Of a stretch of DNA of 64,000 nucleotides, positions 13,715 to 25,090 are shown piece after piece. How positions within the stretch are numbered: position 1 is the first letter of the stretch; each line of letters opens with the position of its first letter. The position numbers and the translations under genes are program-made. The DNA lies in the NCBI GenBank assembly GCA_002633005.1, contig NMRA01000339.1, positions 144,685 through 208,684 of the forward strand. Reading direction: 5' to 3'. The notes beneath the pieces are model-generated. The model saw nothing but the letters and a program-made list of their open reading frames with translations. It was not told the DNA's origin and did not search any database. Source of the DNA: Phoronis australis. Its lineage: Eukaryota; Animalia; Phoronida.

Positions 13715-16130
13715 AACACTCATTCAATACTTTTGCAAAGTGAAAAACCTAAACGGTCGTTGCAGCTCATGGCTGCAATTCCAGACCATTTTTAATTACA
13801 TACACGTAAGTAATTTTTCAGTGTTAACTTCAAACTAAAACGTCATTGCACGTCATTGAAAGTCGGTGTCTCTTTATTAAAATTGTTTCTTTTTTGCTCC
13901 ACAGCTTCATTGGTAATGAACGTAATCGTCACTGAATTCTTTTCATTTGCAGATGAGGGCGCCATGAAGTATAGATTAAAAAAAGAAATGGAGAGATTGT
14001 GCTGAAATTGGTTGTGATGGAGGACGCTGCGAAACGTCAAGTGTTCGACGACGTGCATGTGAATGGAGGTCACATGGGTTTTAAGAACACAGAGTTTAAG
14101 ATAAGTGAAAGTTTTTGTTGGTTAGGAATCAGAGGAAATGTTGAAAGATGGATTGCAGAGTACGACAGATATCAGAGGGAGACAAACATTCTTACTGTTC
14201 CCCCCGAGACAAAGCCAATCGTGACAACTGAAACGTTTAAAACTCTTGGCATTGATCCGATTGGTCCTCTGGTGACCACAAAAGATGGGAACAAGTACAC
14301 ATTAACCATCAATGACCTCTATTCGAAGTTTGTCTTTATATTTGCAATACCCGATCAGGCATTTACACGTATCCTGTATTTAATTTGTTTGGGCCATCTA
14401 AAACAGTATCACTGATCACGGAAGAGAGTTCTGTAATGATTTGTTTTAACTATGTTTACGTCGTTTAATGTGAAGTATTTAGTAACGCTACCTTTTAACT
14501 TGCAGATCGATGGGCAGGATGAGTGTAAAAACCAAAGGGTGAAGTAGATTCTGCTCAAGAACGGATTATCACATCACAAAGAAGACTGGGAGAAATACAT
14601 AAATTCCACACAATTTGCGATCAATACCTCTCGCCAGAATACCACCAAGATCAGTCCCTTCTACTTAATGTTCATGCACAAACCGCGTCACTTTTCAAAC
14701 GTTGCTCTTCTCGAGTACACAGGTTCTGGACCTCAATGCAATGACCTTCCGGTTCCGGATAATGTCATTAGTGAGAGTGAGGCCAATGCGAGAGTTGAAC
14801 ACATGAACTCCATCAAGGAAATCGCTGAGGTCAATGTGGAAAAGTATGTCTCCAAAATCAAATCAAAAGGCAAGTCCTTTTCATTTCATTTCATGTTGGG
14901 ATGGAGGCAACGACCAATCATAGGCCGCAAAGGCAATAATAGTGGCCCCTATACAATTTCTGAACTTACAGACTCCAAAGAGTGTCTAGGGCCGTAAAGC
15001 AACCTTTACTGAGCTGGCGTTTGGTAACACTGCAACTAGTGTTCAAGTACCTAAAGGGAATGCAATGCAGTGACATTTGTTGGTTAACACCACTTAACTT
15101 CAAACCGCCATAACACAAGTTCGCAAGAAGTCGGCCTTTGGCGTCAGCCAATGAGGAACTCTCGAACCAGTTGGCTTTTAATTACCTTACGCTGAATTAT
15201 CTTGACAGCTTTACTGAGCATTTGTCACCATTCAAAAACACTGATTAGTAAATTTATGAGCTAATTCTTGATAAATGGTATGCAGCAGTTTGAAACTGCA
15301 GCGTTGTGTTTTATTTGAAGCTCAAATTTGAGCAAAAATCAATTGCAATCTGGCACTTGACATCTTTGCATGACACGGAATAGAATTTGGGCAATTTCAA
15401 TTATGAGGCTTCCTAAGAGAAAACCAAAGTTGTCAATGACAAACTATTGCTGGTGAAGGGTACAAAGATGTTGTATAACCTAGGCCGGATATTTTTCAGA
15501 AAAACTTGCCTGTTATTGGGAGCACTACTGAGCAAAGAACTTGGATTTTAGGAGCAAATCTAAAATCGGTTGGCCACAATTGGCAGAGCAGTCGACATCC
15601 AAAGCGCAAAACTTGTTGTTAACGTAAGTCACTCACGCTGACTGTCACATACCGAAATGGGTCGTGCCAAGAAATTCTCGTAAGTTCATTTTTTACTAAG
15701 TCTAAGAGTTGTCACAATTTCTAAACTTTGGAACCTCCACATCTACAAAAAAGCTATGTCTGGATTCCTATGAAGATATGACAAACTGTTGTTCCGGCTA
15801 TCAACTCATCATTGCTTTCAGTTTTCTATTATGTAAGTGGAGTATGTGGAAGAACTGAACATCCAAACATATACATCGAAACAATCACCACAGTGATGAT
15901 CACACCCACATTGGTAGAGATTCACATGTTAAATTGTTTATTTATGTTGTTATCAGGGTTCGAAACTCGAAATTTTGGCACTTAGCATTTTTGCATGACA
16001 TGAAAAAGAATTTGGGAGAATTTCATTTTACGACGCTCACTACGAGAAAACCAAAGTTGTAAACGACAAACAATTGTTGGTGAAGGGTACTAGATGTTGT
16101 AAAACCCAGGCAGGTTATTTTTCAGAAAAA
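13715..16130 (+). mobile_element. Ginger/GIN-type integrase unit A (exon 1 missing, frameshifted)
   Basis: After acceptor TTTGCAG (13952): VHVNGGHMG..FCWLGI (H2C2 zinc finger), LGIDPIGPL, DLYSKF, TDHGREFCN and INTSRQ..SPFYLMF. No RT or RNase H is adjacent. Confidence 0.8.
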
Positions 16131-16199
16131 ACTGTTTTCTGTTATTGGGAGGACTACTTTGCGAGAGTACATACCAAGAGTAATGAGTCACAGGATAAC

Positions 16200-18680
16200 C
16201 AATGACTTGGTGATGAAGTATAACTGGGCTGGGAAGGCTGGTGACGTTCCCAATAATGCATCAGGCCAATAACGCTTCCAGGATGTGGTTTGAGCATGCG
16301 CTCGTCTTTCGTTTCTCCGGCTTCTCTGTATCCATCGTAAATCTTGTCGTTGATAAAGCCCGCTGTAAGCATCACAACTCAATCGCCTGCACCTTGACCT
16401 TTCATTTTCCAAAATGGAGAGAAAGTACGATGTCAAGGATGTGTTCAATTACTTGTCGAAGGAGATCGCGCATAGTAGTTTGACCAAGAACGAGCGAGCA
16501 TTCTGAAGATATGCAAGGAAGTTTTGTTTGGGTAAGTTTACAAATGCTTAAATGGAACTTTTTCCCGTTGCACGATTCAAGTTCAATATTTAGCTGCTAT
16601 CAAATAACGAATAGTGGGCAACAAGGTTTTTTAATTTCCATAGATTAAATATGTATATGTATATGAATGGTATATCGCAGGTTACGCAAAAAGACGTGAG
16701 AAAACAATTGATACTGTACGAGTTGACTTTGGATACACACACTTTCAATTGTTTTGCAAAGTGAAAAACCTTATTAGTTGTTGCAGCTCATGGTTTCAAC
16801 TCCAGAGCATTTTTAATTGCATAAGTAATTGTTTCACCGTATTAACTGAAAACTTTAAGTGACTTGTTAATCTCTACATGTAATAAACAGTCAGTGTCTC
16901 TTTATTATTTTCTTCCTTTTTAACTTTCCCGCTGCATTGGTAATGAATGTAATCGTCACTGAATTCTTTTTATTTGCAGATGAGGGCGCCATGAAGTATG
17001 AGATTAAAAAAAGAAATGGGGAGATGGTGCTGAAATTGGTTGTGGTGGATTACGCTGGGAAACGTCAAGTGTTCGACGACATGCATGTGAATGGAGGTCA
17101 CATGGCGTTTAAGAACACAGAGTTTAAGATAAGTTAAAGTTTTTATTGGTTAGGAATCAGAGCAAATGTTGAAAGGTGGATTGCAGAGTGCGACAGAGTC
17201 GGAGGGAGACAAACGTTCTTACTGTACCCCCCGAGTAAAAGCTAATCGTGACAACTGAAACGTTTGAAACTCTTGGCATTGATCTGACTGGTCCACTGGT
17301 GACCACAAAAGATGGGATTAAGTACACGATAACCAGCACTGACCTTTATTCAAAGTTTGTCTTCATCTTTGCAATACCGCATAAGGCATTTATCCCGTGT
17401 TCAATTTGTTTGGGCCATCTAAACACATTAATCACTGATCAGGGAAGAGAGTTCTGTAGCGATTTGATTTTAACTATGTTCATGTTGTTTGGTGTGAAGC
17501 ATTTAATAACGCTACCTTATCACCTGCAGACCAATGAGCAGGATGAGTGTACAAACCAAACGGTGAAGCGCATTCTGCTCAAGAGTGCATCATCAGATCA
17601 CAAAGAAAACTGGGATAAATACATTAATTCCGCACAATTCATGATCAATACCTCTCGTGACAATACCACCAAGTTCAGTCCCTTTTACTTAATGTTCTTG
17701 CGCGAACCGCGTCACTTTTCAAACGGCACTCCTCTAGTGAAGTACAGAGGCTGTGGACCTCAATGCATTATGCATTAACCTTCCAGTTTCGGATAATGTC
17801 ATTAGTGAAAAAGAGGTCAACGAGAGAGTTGAACATATGAACTCCATTAAGAAAATCGTTGACGTCAATGTGTTAAAGGTTAACTCAAAACAAAAAAACA
17901 AAAACAATATGAATCCAAAACGAAATCAAATTTCCTATGTGTTAGGTTGTATTCGTAAGGCAGTTTCCATCGGAAGTCGAATGTTTGAATTTTATAACCG
18001 ACAGTCTTCGAAGGAAACGATATTTGTTGGCCACTCCACAAACGTGAGTTTATAAAACTACATGCAGAGCCTAAAACAAGAAATGGCCCTAAGTTGTGGA
18101 AGTAAGGTTAGAACCAGGTCTGTCTAAAATCAGTTAGCCACAACTGGCACAGCGATTAACATCCAACGTGCAAAATTCCTTGTTAACGCAAGTTACTCAC
18201 CCTGTCTGTCACATACCAACATGGGCCCTGTTCCAAGAAACTGACCTAACATTTGTCAAAATTTCTAAACTTTGCAACTTCCACATCTGTAAAAAGGCTA
18301 TGTCTGGATTCCTATGAAGATATGACAAACTGTTGTTCCGGCTATCAACTCGTCATTGCTTTCAGTTTTCTATTATGTAAGTGGAGTATGTGGAAAAACT
18401 GAACATCCAAACATACACATCGAAACAATCACCACAGTGATGTTCACACCCAGATTGTTAGAGATTCACATGTTAAATTGTTATTTATGTTGTTATCGGG
18501 GTTCGAAACTCCCAATTTTGCCACTTAGCATTTTTTCATGACATGAACAAGAATTTGGGACAAAATCATTTTACGAGGATGGCTAAGAGAAAACCAAAGT
18601 TGTCAACGACAAACAAATGTTGGTGAAGCGTAGGTAAATGTTGTAAAATCCAGGCTGGTTATTTTTCAGAAAAATCTGCT
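16200..18680 (+). mobile_element. Ginger/GIN-type integrase unit B (exon 1 16414-16531, intron 16532-16979, exon 2 from 16980), pseudogenised
   Basis: MERKYDVKDVFNYLSK..YARKFCL|GTAAGT...TTTGCAG|DEGAMKY.. followed by GIDLTGPL, TDLYSKF, ITDQGREFC, PYHLQTN and FSPFYLMFLREPR. In-frame stops are present. Confidence 0.85.
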
Positions 18681-18689
18681 GGGAAGACC

Positions 18690-20620
18690 GAAGTCGTGCC
18701 CAATAATGCATCGGTCCAATAATGCGTCCAGGATGTGGTTTGCGTATGCGTTCGGCTTTCGTTTCTCAGGCTTCCGGTTCTACATAATTCTGTATCCATT
18801 GTCAATCTGTCGTTGATAAAGCCCGCTGTAAGCATCACAACTCAATCGCCTGTACCTTAACCTTGTGTTTTCCAAAATGGAGCGAAAATACGATGTCAAG
18901 GACGTGTTCAACTACTTGTCGAAGGAGATCGCGCCTAGTGGTTTGACCATGAACGAACGAGGAACGTTTTGGAGTTATGCAAGGAAGTTTTGTTTGGATA
19001 AGTTTACGTTTGCTTAAATGGAACTTTTTCCCGTTGCATGATTGCAGTTCAGTATTTCGCTGTAATCAAGTACCGAAGAGTGGGCAACAAGACTTTCTGA
19101 ATTTCCGTAGAGTAATCTGTATATATATGGTACATCGTAGGTCACACAAAGCGACGAGAAGTAACAATTGATACTGTACGAGTTGACTTTAGATACACAC
19201 ACTTTCAATTCTTTTGCAAACTGAAAAACCTAAACAGTTGTTGTAGCTCAGGTTTTCAATACGTAAGTAATTCTTTCATCGTGTTAACTGAAAACTTAAA
19301 CGGACTTGTTCATCTCTACAAGTAATTAGCAGTCAGTGTCTTTTTATTAAATTTGTTTCCTTTTTTGCTCTCCAGCTGCATTGGTAATGAATGTAATCGT
19401 CATTGAATTTCTTTCAATTGCAGATGAGGGCGCCATGAAGTATAAGATTAAAAAAAGAAATGGCGAGATGGTGGTGAAATTGGTTGTGATGGATGACGCT
19501 GGGAAATGTCAAGTGTTCGATGACGTGCATGTGAATGGAGGTCACATGGCGTTGAAGAACGCAGAGTTTAAGATAAGTGAAAGTTTTTATTGGTTAGGAA
19601 TCAGATCAAATGTTGAAAGCTGGATTGCAGAGTACGACCGATGTCAGAGGGAGACAAACATTCTGATGGTTCCCCGCGGGTTAAAGCCAATCGTAACAAC
19701 TGAAACGTTTGAAACTCTTGAGATTGGTCCCCTGGTGATCACATAAAATGGGAAAAAGGAAACATAACGTTAGCCATCACTGACATCTATTCGAAGTTTG
19801 TCTTCAACTTCGCAATGCCCGATAAGGCCTGTGTTTAATTTTTTTGGGCCATCTTAACACATTATCACTGATCACGAAAGAGAGTTCTGTAACGATCCGA
19901 TTTTAAGTATGTTTACGTTGTTTGGTGTGAAGCATTTAGTAACGCTACCTTATCACCCGCTGTGGCAATATTCCTTTACTACTAGTGAATTAAGACATTT
20001 GGGAATCATCTCCCCTGTAAGAACTCTTATTGCTGAGAAGTTTTTGTTCTCCCTCTTCCTGTTTGTGAGCAAACCATGCTTTTGAAGAATTTAAAGTTCT
20101 GCGATTGAAATTGAACTTTCTTTGGTAAGACACAAGGATACATGGTGTCAGAAGCGGAATAAAATGGCTGAAAGCACGCATGCACTAATACCTCAAATGT
20201 TCCACTTCCACCTACAATTAACATTAACCAAGACAACTTGGCAAAGACTACGCAAACTTGACAGTATTTGTGGCATGCGTATGAACTGGTCATTGAAATT
20301 TCTGTCTTAAGACAAAAGCGATACACCCCCAGACCAATGGGCAGGATGAGTGTACAAAGCAAACGGTAAAGCACATTCTGCTCAAGAGTGCACCTTCTGA
20401 TCACAAAAAAGACTGGGATAAATACATTAATACTGCACAATTTGCTATCAATACCTCTCGCCAGGCTACCAACAAGTTCAGTGCCTTCCACTTAATGTTC
20501 TTGTGAGAACTGTGTCACTTTTCAAAGGTTGCTCTTCGTGAGAAGTAAAGAGGCTCTGGACCTCAATGCACTTACCTCCGGTTCCAGATAACGTCATAAA
20601 TGAAAGCCAGATTTGAACAC
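18690..20620 (+). mobile_element. Ginger/GIN-type integrase unit C (exon 1 18877-18997, exon 2 from 19424), interrupted by a solo LTR
   Basis: Same architecture as unit B, with the donor mutated to ATAAGT. The zinc finger ends YDRCQR. Coding sequence resumes at 20331 after the insertion. Confidence 0.85.
19961..20325. mobile_element. Solo LTR (365 bp)
   Basis: TGT...ACA termini, 5-bp target duplication CCCGC/CCCCC (1 mismatch) and an internal AATAAA at ~20158. It is absent at the homologous PYHPQTN site in units A and B. Confidence 0.75.
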
Positions 20621-20629
20621 ATGTTGTTT

Positions 20630-21300
20630 GAAAGTAACTGTTAAACTATAAGTGAAATGCATATCCTCTGAAGAGGACCGTGATAAAAACATTGGGGAGA
20701 TTTAGTAGCCATGACGAAAGCAGTGTGGGCATCATTTTTCCACACATATTCAAGTGACTATGACCCACCATTTGAGATGTCCTGAAGGCACTGGGTCATA
20801 GTGCTTTTACAACTGTGCAGTAGCTGAGGATATTGCATCGTGGAACCACTTAAAGTTTCTACTGCCACAACACGTTGCGCTGTTACTGCTCCCAATCTAC
20901 AAGAGGTGATGTGATCCACAGTTTTCACAATGCTGCCTCAGTGGAAAGACCTCAAATGCAAATGAGGCATTTCACTAAACTGAGTGGAGGTTATGTCCAA
21001 ATGAGAGGTGGTCATACCGTAGAACAGTGGACACAACTCTAGCAACATGTGTGCAGAAGTTCAACAAGAGGTGATCAGCTATCACTGATGTCCTTGAGCT
21101 TGAAGCAACTTCTGGCACCTACACTACGGAAAATGTTGACAAGAGCGACATGAACGGCGTCAAGAAGTCTAGTGGACAAGTATCTGACAAAGCTGCAAAG
21201 TGTTGTCTAACAATCGAAGCATCAACGCTAATGAAAGACAAGAACAGAAAGTCAGAGAGGGTATTCAGCATGCCCAGGACAATTTCAGATAATCCAGACC
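20630..21300 (+). mobile_element. Kolobok/Mutator-like DDE transposase C-terminal remnant
   Basis: KAVWASFFH..SSD, CPEG..CFYN, LLLPIYKR, CLSGKTSNANEAFH and WRLCP, with many stops and frameshifts. Confidence 0.65.
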
Positions 21301-21407
21301 CTATACTAAATTTGTAGTAGTCACTTGTTGCCAAACCATGGAATAAGATATAGTCGTTTCTTGGGTGACAGGGACACTAAATTTTATAAGCATGTTTCTG
21401 AAGCGAA

Positions 21408-22085
21408 NNNNNNNNNNNNNNNNNNNNNNNNNNNNNNNNNNNNNNNNNNNNNNNNNNNNNNNNNNNNNNNNNNNNNNNNNNNNNNNNNNNNNNNNNNNNN
21501 NNNNNNNNNNNNNNNNNNNNNNNNNNNNNNNNNNNNNNNNNNNNNNNNNNNNNNNNNNNNNNNNNNNNNNNNNNNNNNNNNNNNNNNNNNNNNNNNNNNN
21601 NNNNNNNNNNNNNNNNNNNNNNNNNNNNNNNNNNNNNNNNNNNNNNNNNNNNNNNNNNNNNNNNNNNNNNNNNNNNNNNNNNNNNNNNNNNNNNNNNNNN
21701 NNNNNNNNNNNNNNNNNNNNNNNNNNNNNNNNNNNNNNNNNNNNNNNNNNNNNNNNNNNNNNNNNNNNNNNNNNNNNNNNNNNNNNNNNNNNNNNNNNNN
21801 NNNNNNNNNNNNNNNNNNNNNNNNNNNNNNNNNNNNNNNNNNNNNNNNNNNNNNNNNNNNNNNNNNNNNNNNNNNNNNNNNNNNNNNNNNNNNNNNNNNN
21901 NNNNNNNNNNNNNNNNNNNNNNNNNNNNNNNNNNNNNNNNNNNNNNNNNNNNNNNNNNNNNNNNNNNNNNNNNNNNNNNNNNNNNNNNNNNNNNNNNNNN
22001 NNNNNNNNNNNNNNNNNNNNNNNNNNNNNNNNNNNNNNNNNNNNNNNNNNNNNNNNNNNNNNNNNNNNNNNNNNNNNNNNNNNNN
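21408..22085. other. Assembly gap (678 N)
   Basis: Run of N. ORF-track entries spanning it are artefacts. Confidence 1.
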
Positions 22086-24233
22086 AGTGTACAAAGCAAA
22101 CGGTAAAGCACATTCTGCTCAAGAGTGCACCTTCTGATCACAAAAAAGACTGGGATAAATACATTAATACTGCACAATTTGCGATCAATACCTCTCGCCA
22201 GGCTACCAACAAGTTCAGTGCCTTCCACTTAATGTTCTTGTGAGAACTGTGTCACTTTTCAATGGTTGCTCTTCGTGAGAAGTAAAGAGGCTCTGGACCT
22301 CAATGCACTGACCTCCGGTTCCAGATAACGTCATAAATGAAAGCCAGATTTGAACACATGTACTCCATTAAGGAATTCGTTGACGTCAAAATGGAAAGGG
22401 CCATGTAAAAAAAAATGCATCACAAATGGTGTGCTCTTAGGGTTGCTTATTTGGCCACTAGATGGTGCAAAAACATACAATCCATCTGAAAACGGGAACA
22501 TGTCAGTGCTTCTTTAATAGAAAGCGATACACCAAATTTCATAGAAAGGCCATCACGGAACTTCAGAGAAACAAAGGAAAACAGAATGGAATGAAATTGC
22601 CACTAGGGGGCACAGTGTTCATTGGATCTGCCTAAAAGTCGTCATTGTCTGTTGTTAGCTTCATATAAATACACTTACTAAATATAATTAAGATCCTGCA
22701 GTGGGTTTAAAAGATACAGCTATGGACTTGAAAACAGCAAAAATGGCCACTAGCTGGCGCAAAGTACCTTGATTCCATCCGAAAATGGGAGGATAGTGTC
22801 ATCTCACCAATTGATGCTTGTATTCTAAATTTTATGAAAATCTGTTGAGGACCTTTGAAGATACAGAGGTAAACATAAAACTAAAATTGCCAACCAGGGG
22901 GCACACCAGTGGTCAGATTCATCCCAAAATCCTTGTCGTCCCTTCTCAACATCATATAAACTCCCTTCGTAAATTTAGTAAAGATTATGCCAACGGTTTA
23001 CGAGATACAGCCATGGGCGCAAAAAAGAAACTGCCTCTAGGAGGCACCACAGTAGCCATTCATCAGAAAATCATCCTCAGCTGTCCACTTCATAGTAAAA
23101 ACATACATGCCTCTCATGTAACACCGAAAATGTAAGTTAACTTTCACCTGGGACTGGGTAACGTGCCTAGACTACTGCCTAACAATAAACACAGCTCACT
23201 TGCGACACTTGTCCTTGACTTGGAATTCAATACATGAAGTATGTTGAATTTTATTTTCAGCAATATTGACTTTCTTCATTTACATCCTAGCTGCTCTTAC
23301 TGTTCACAGTCTGTTACAGTTGGTTCAATTTATAAAATATAAAACGAGAATAAATGATAACAACAGAATGCCAAACAATATATTTTTTTATATTTAATAG
23401 TGCAATAATAATACTGTATACTCTGTTATATTATGAAACGCCTTTTCTTGTTTGAAAGTAACTGTTAAACTATAAGTGAAATGCATATCCTCTGAAGAGG
23501 AACGTGATAAAAGCATTCGGGAGATTTAGTAGCCATGAGGAAAGCAGTGTGGGCATCATTTTTCCACACATACTCAAGTGACTATGACCCTCACCATTTG
23601 AGATGTCCTGAAGGCACTGGGTCATAGTGCTTTTACAACTGTGCAGTAGCTGAGGATATTGCATGGTGGAACCACTTAAAGTTTCTACTGCCACAACACG
23701 TTGCGCTGTTACTGCTCCCAATCTACAAGAGGTGATGTGATCCACAGTTTTCACAATGCTGCCTCAGTGGAAAGACCTCAAATGCAAATGAGGCATTTCA
23801 CTAAACTGGGTGGAAGTTATGTCCAAATGAGAGGTGGTCATACCGTAGAACAGCGGACACAACTCTAGCAACATGTGTGCAGAAGTTCAACAAGAGGTGA
23901 TCAGCTATCACTGATGTCCTTGAGCTTGAAGCAACTTCTGGCACCTACACTACGGAAAATGTTGACAAGAGCGACATGAACCGCGTCAAGAAGTCTAGTG
24001 GACAAGTATCTGACAAAGCTGCAAAGTGTTGTCTAACAATCGACGCATCAACGCTAATGAAAGACAAGACCAGAAAGTCAGAGAGGGTATTCAGCATGCC
24101 CAGGACAATTTTAGATAATCCAGACCCTATACTAAATTTGTAGTAGTCACTTGTTGCCAAACCATGGAATAAGATATAGTCGTTTCTTGGGTGACAGGGA
24201 CACTAAATTTTACAAGCATGTTTCTGAAGCGAA
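22086..24233 (+). repeat. Near-identical second copy of 20349-21407 carrying an extra ~1.09 kb (22362-23447)
   Basis: 22086-22361 matches 20349-20624 and 23448-24233 matches ~20624-21407, with only scattered substitutions. Confidence 0.95.
22420..23135 (+). repeat. Degenerate ~145-bp tandem units, each with a CTCF-like motif
   Basis: CCACTAGATGGT 22455, CCACTAGGGGGC 22600, CCACTAGCTGGC 22747, CAACCAGGGGGC 22891, CCTCTAGGAGGC 23034. Confidence 0.75.
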
Positions 24234-24900
24234 TCCCAGTTTAGCCAGATGACAACAGGATTGACAACTTAAGAGTGTGATGGACACATTCAGAAACGAA
24301 TGGGAAGTGGTGCACAGAAAAAATGTAAGAGCTGAAGGGGAAAGTGTTCGGTCTACTAGATGGCAAAACCAATCAAGGCATAGGTGTGGGAAACCTTACG
24401 AAGAAGGCCATCAAGTGAATCCATGGCCATTAGGGTGCTGCTACCATGAGAACCCGTGATGTACAGGGAATGAACAAGGCTAACTGGGAAATTTTTCATC
24501 ACTGCATCCGTGACCATTAGTATTGCGCACAGCAGTGCTCCTCTCGCACTGGTTATGGTTATGGTTCTCCTCAGAAAATGTGCCCACGGTGGAACACAAA
24601 ACAAATGTGTAGTGCAATAAGACCAGTGTTTGACACACTGTCAGATGTAGACCTACTCAGAAAATGTGCCCACGGTAGAAAACAAAACACAAGTATAGTG
24701 GAATAAGATCAGTGTTCGACACACTGTCAGATGTACACCTACTCAGAAAATGTGCCCATGGTGGAACACAAAAAAATGTATAGTGCAATAAGACCATTGT
24801 TTGGCACACTGGCAGATGTAGACCTATTCAGAAAATGGGCCCACGGTAGAACACAAAACACAATCAAAAGCCATCACAATTTGATTTTGGAATGTTTTAA
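24150..24900 (+). mobile_element. Kolobok-type transposase central/C-terminal remnant
   Basis: GIRYSRFLGDRDTKFY, GHIQKRMG, LTKKAIK and CAHGRTQNTIKSHHNLI. Homologous to the element at 56770-59818. Confidence 0.75.
24570..24865 (+). repeat. Tandem repeat, 85-86 bp x ~3.5, derived from transposase coding sequence
   Basis: TCAGAAAATG(T/G)GCCCA recurs at 24571, 24657, 24743 and 24828. Confidence 0.95.
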
Positions 24901-25090
24901 TTTCTTTTGCATATTGTGAAAGACACTTCAGCTGCATACGGAGGATCAAAATATGTGCCGCAATCGACTGAGTAGCAAGGTGTTGTGAAGCCTAGTAGCT
25001 GTATCTCAGCATGGGAAAGATGCCGAACTTTTTGATTTTGATGCTGCAGCTGAGATGTTCAATACGGAACAGAGAGTTTAAGTTGTACAA

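Noticed and set aside
14950-16000. Ulp1/OTU/PHD accessory domain downstream of the Ginger integrase
   Set aside because: Expected for some Ginger1 elements, but only vague fragments are visible and I could not reconstruct catalytic motifs.
21301-22243. Long 236-292 aa ORFs in the ORF track
   Set aside because: They run through the N gap and are artefacts.
24570-24865. CRISPR-like regular repeat
   Set aside because: The whole unit is repeated with no unique spacers, it derives from transposase sequence, there are no cas genes and the context is eukaryotic.
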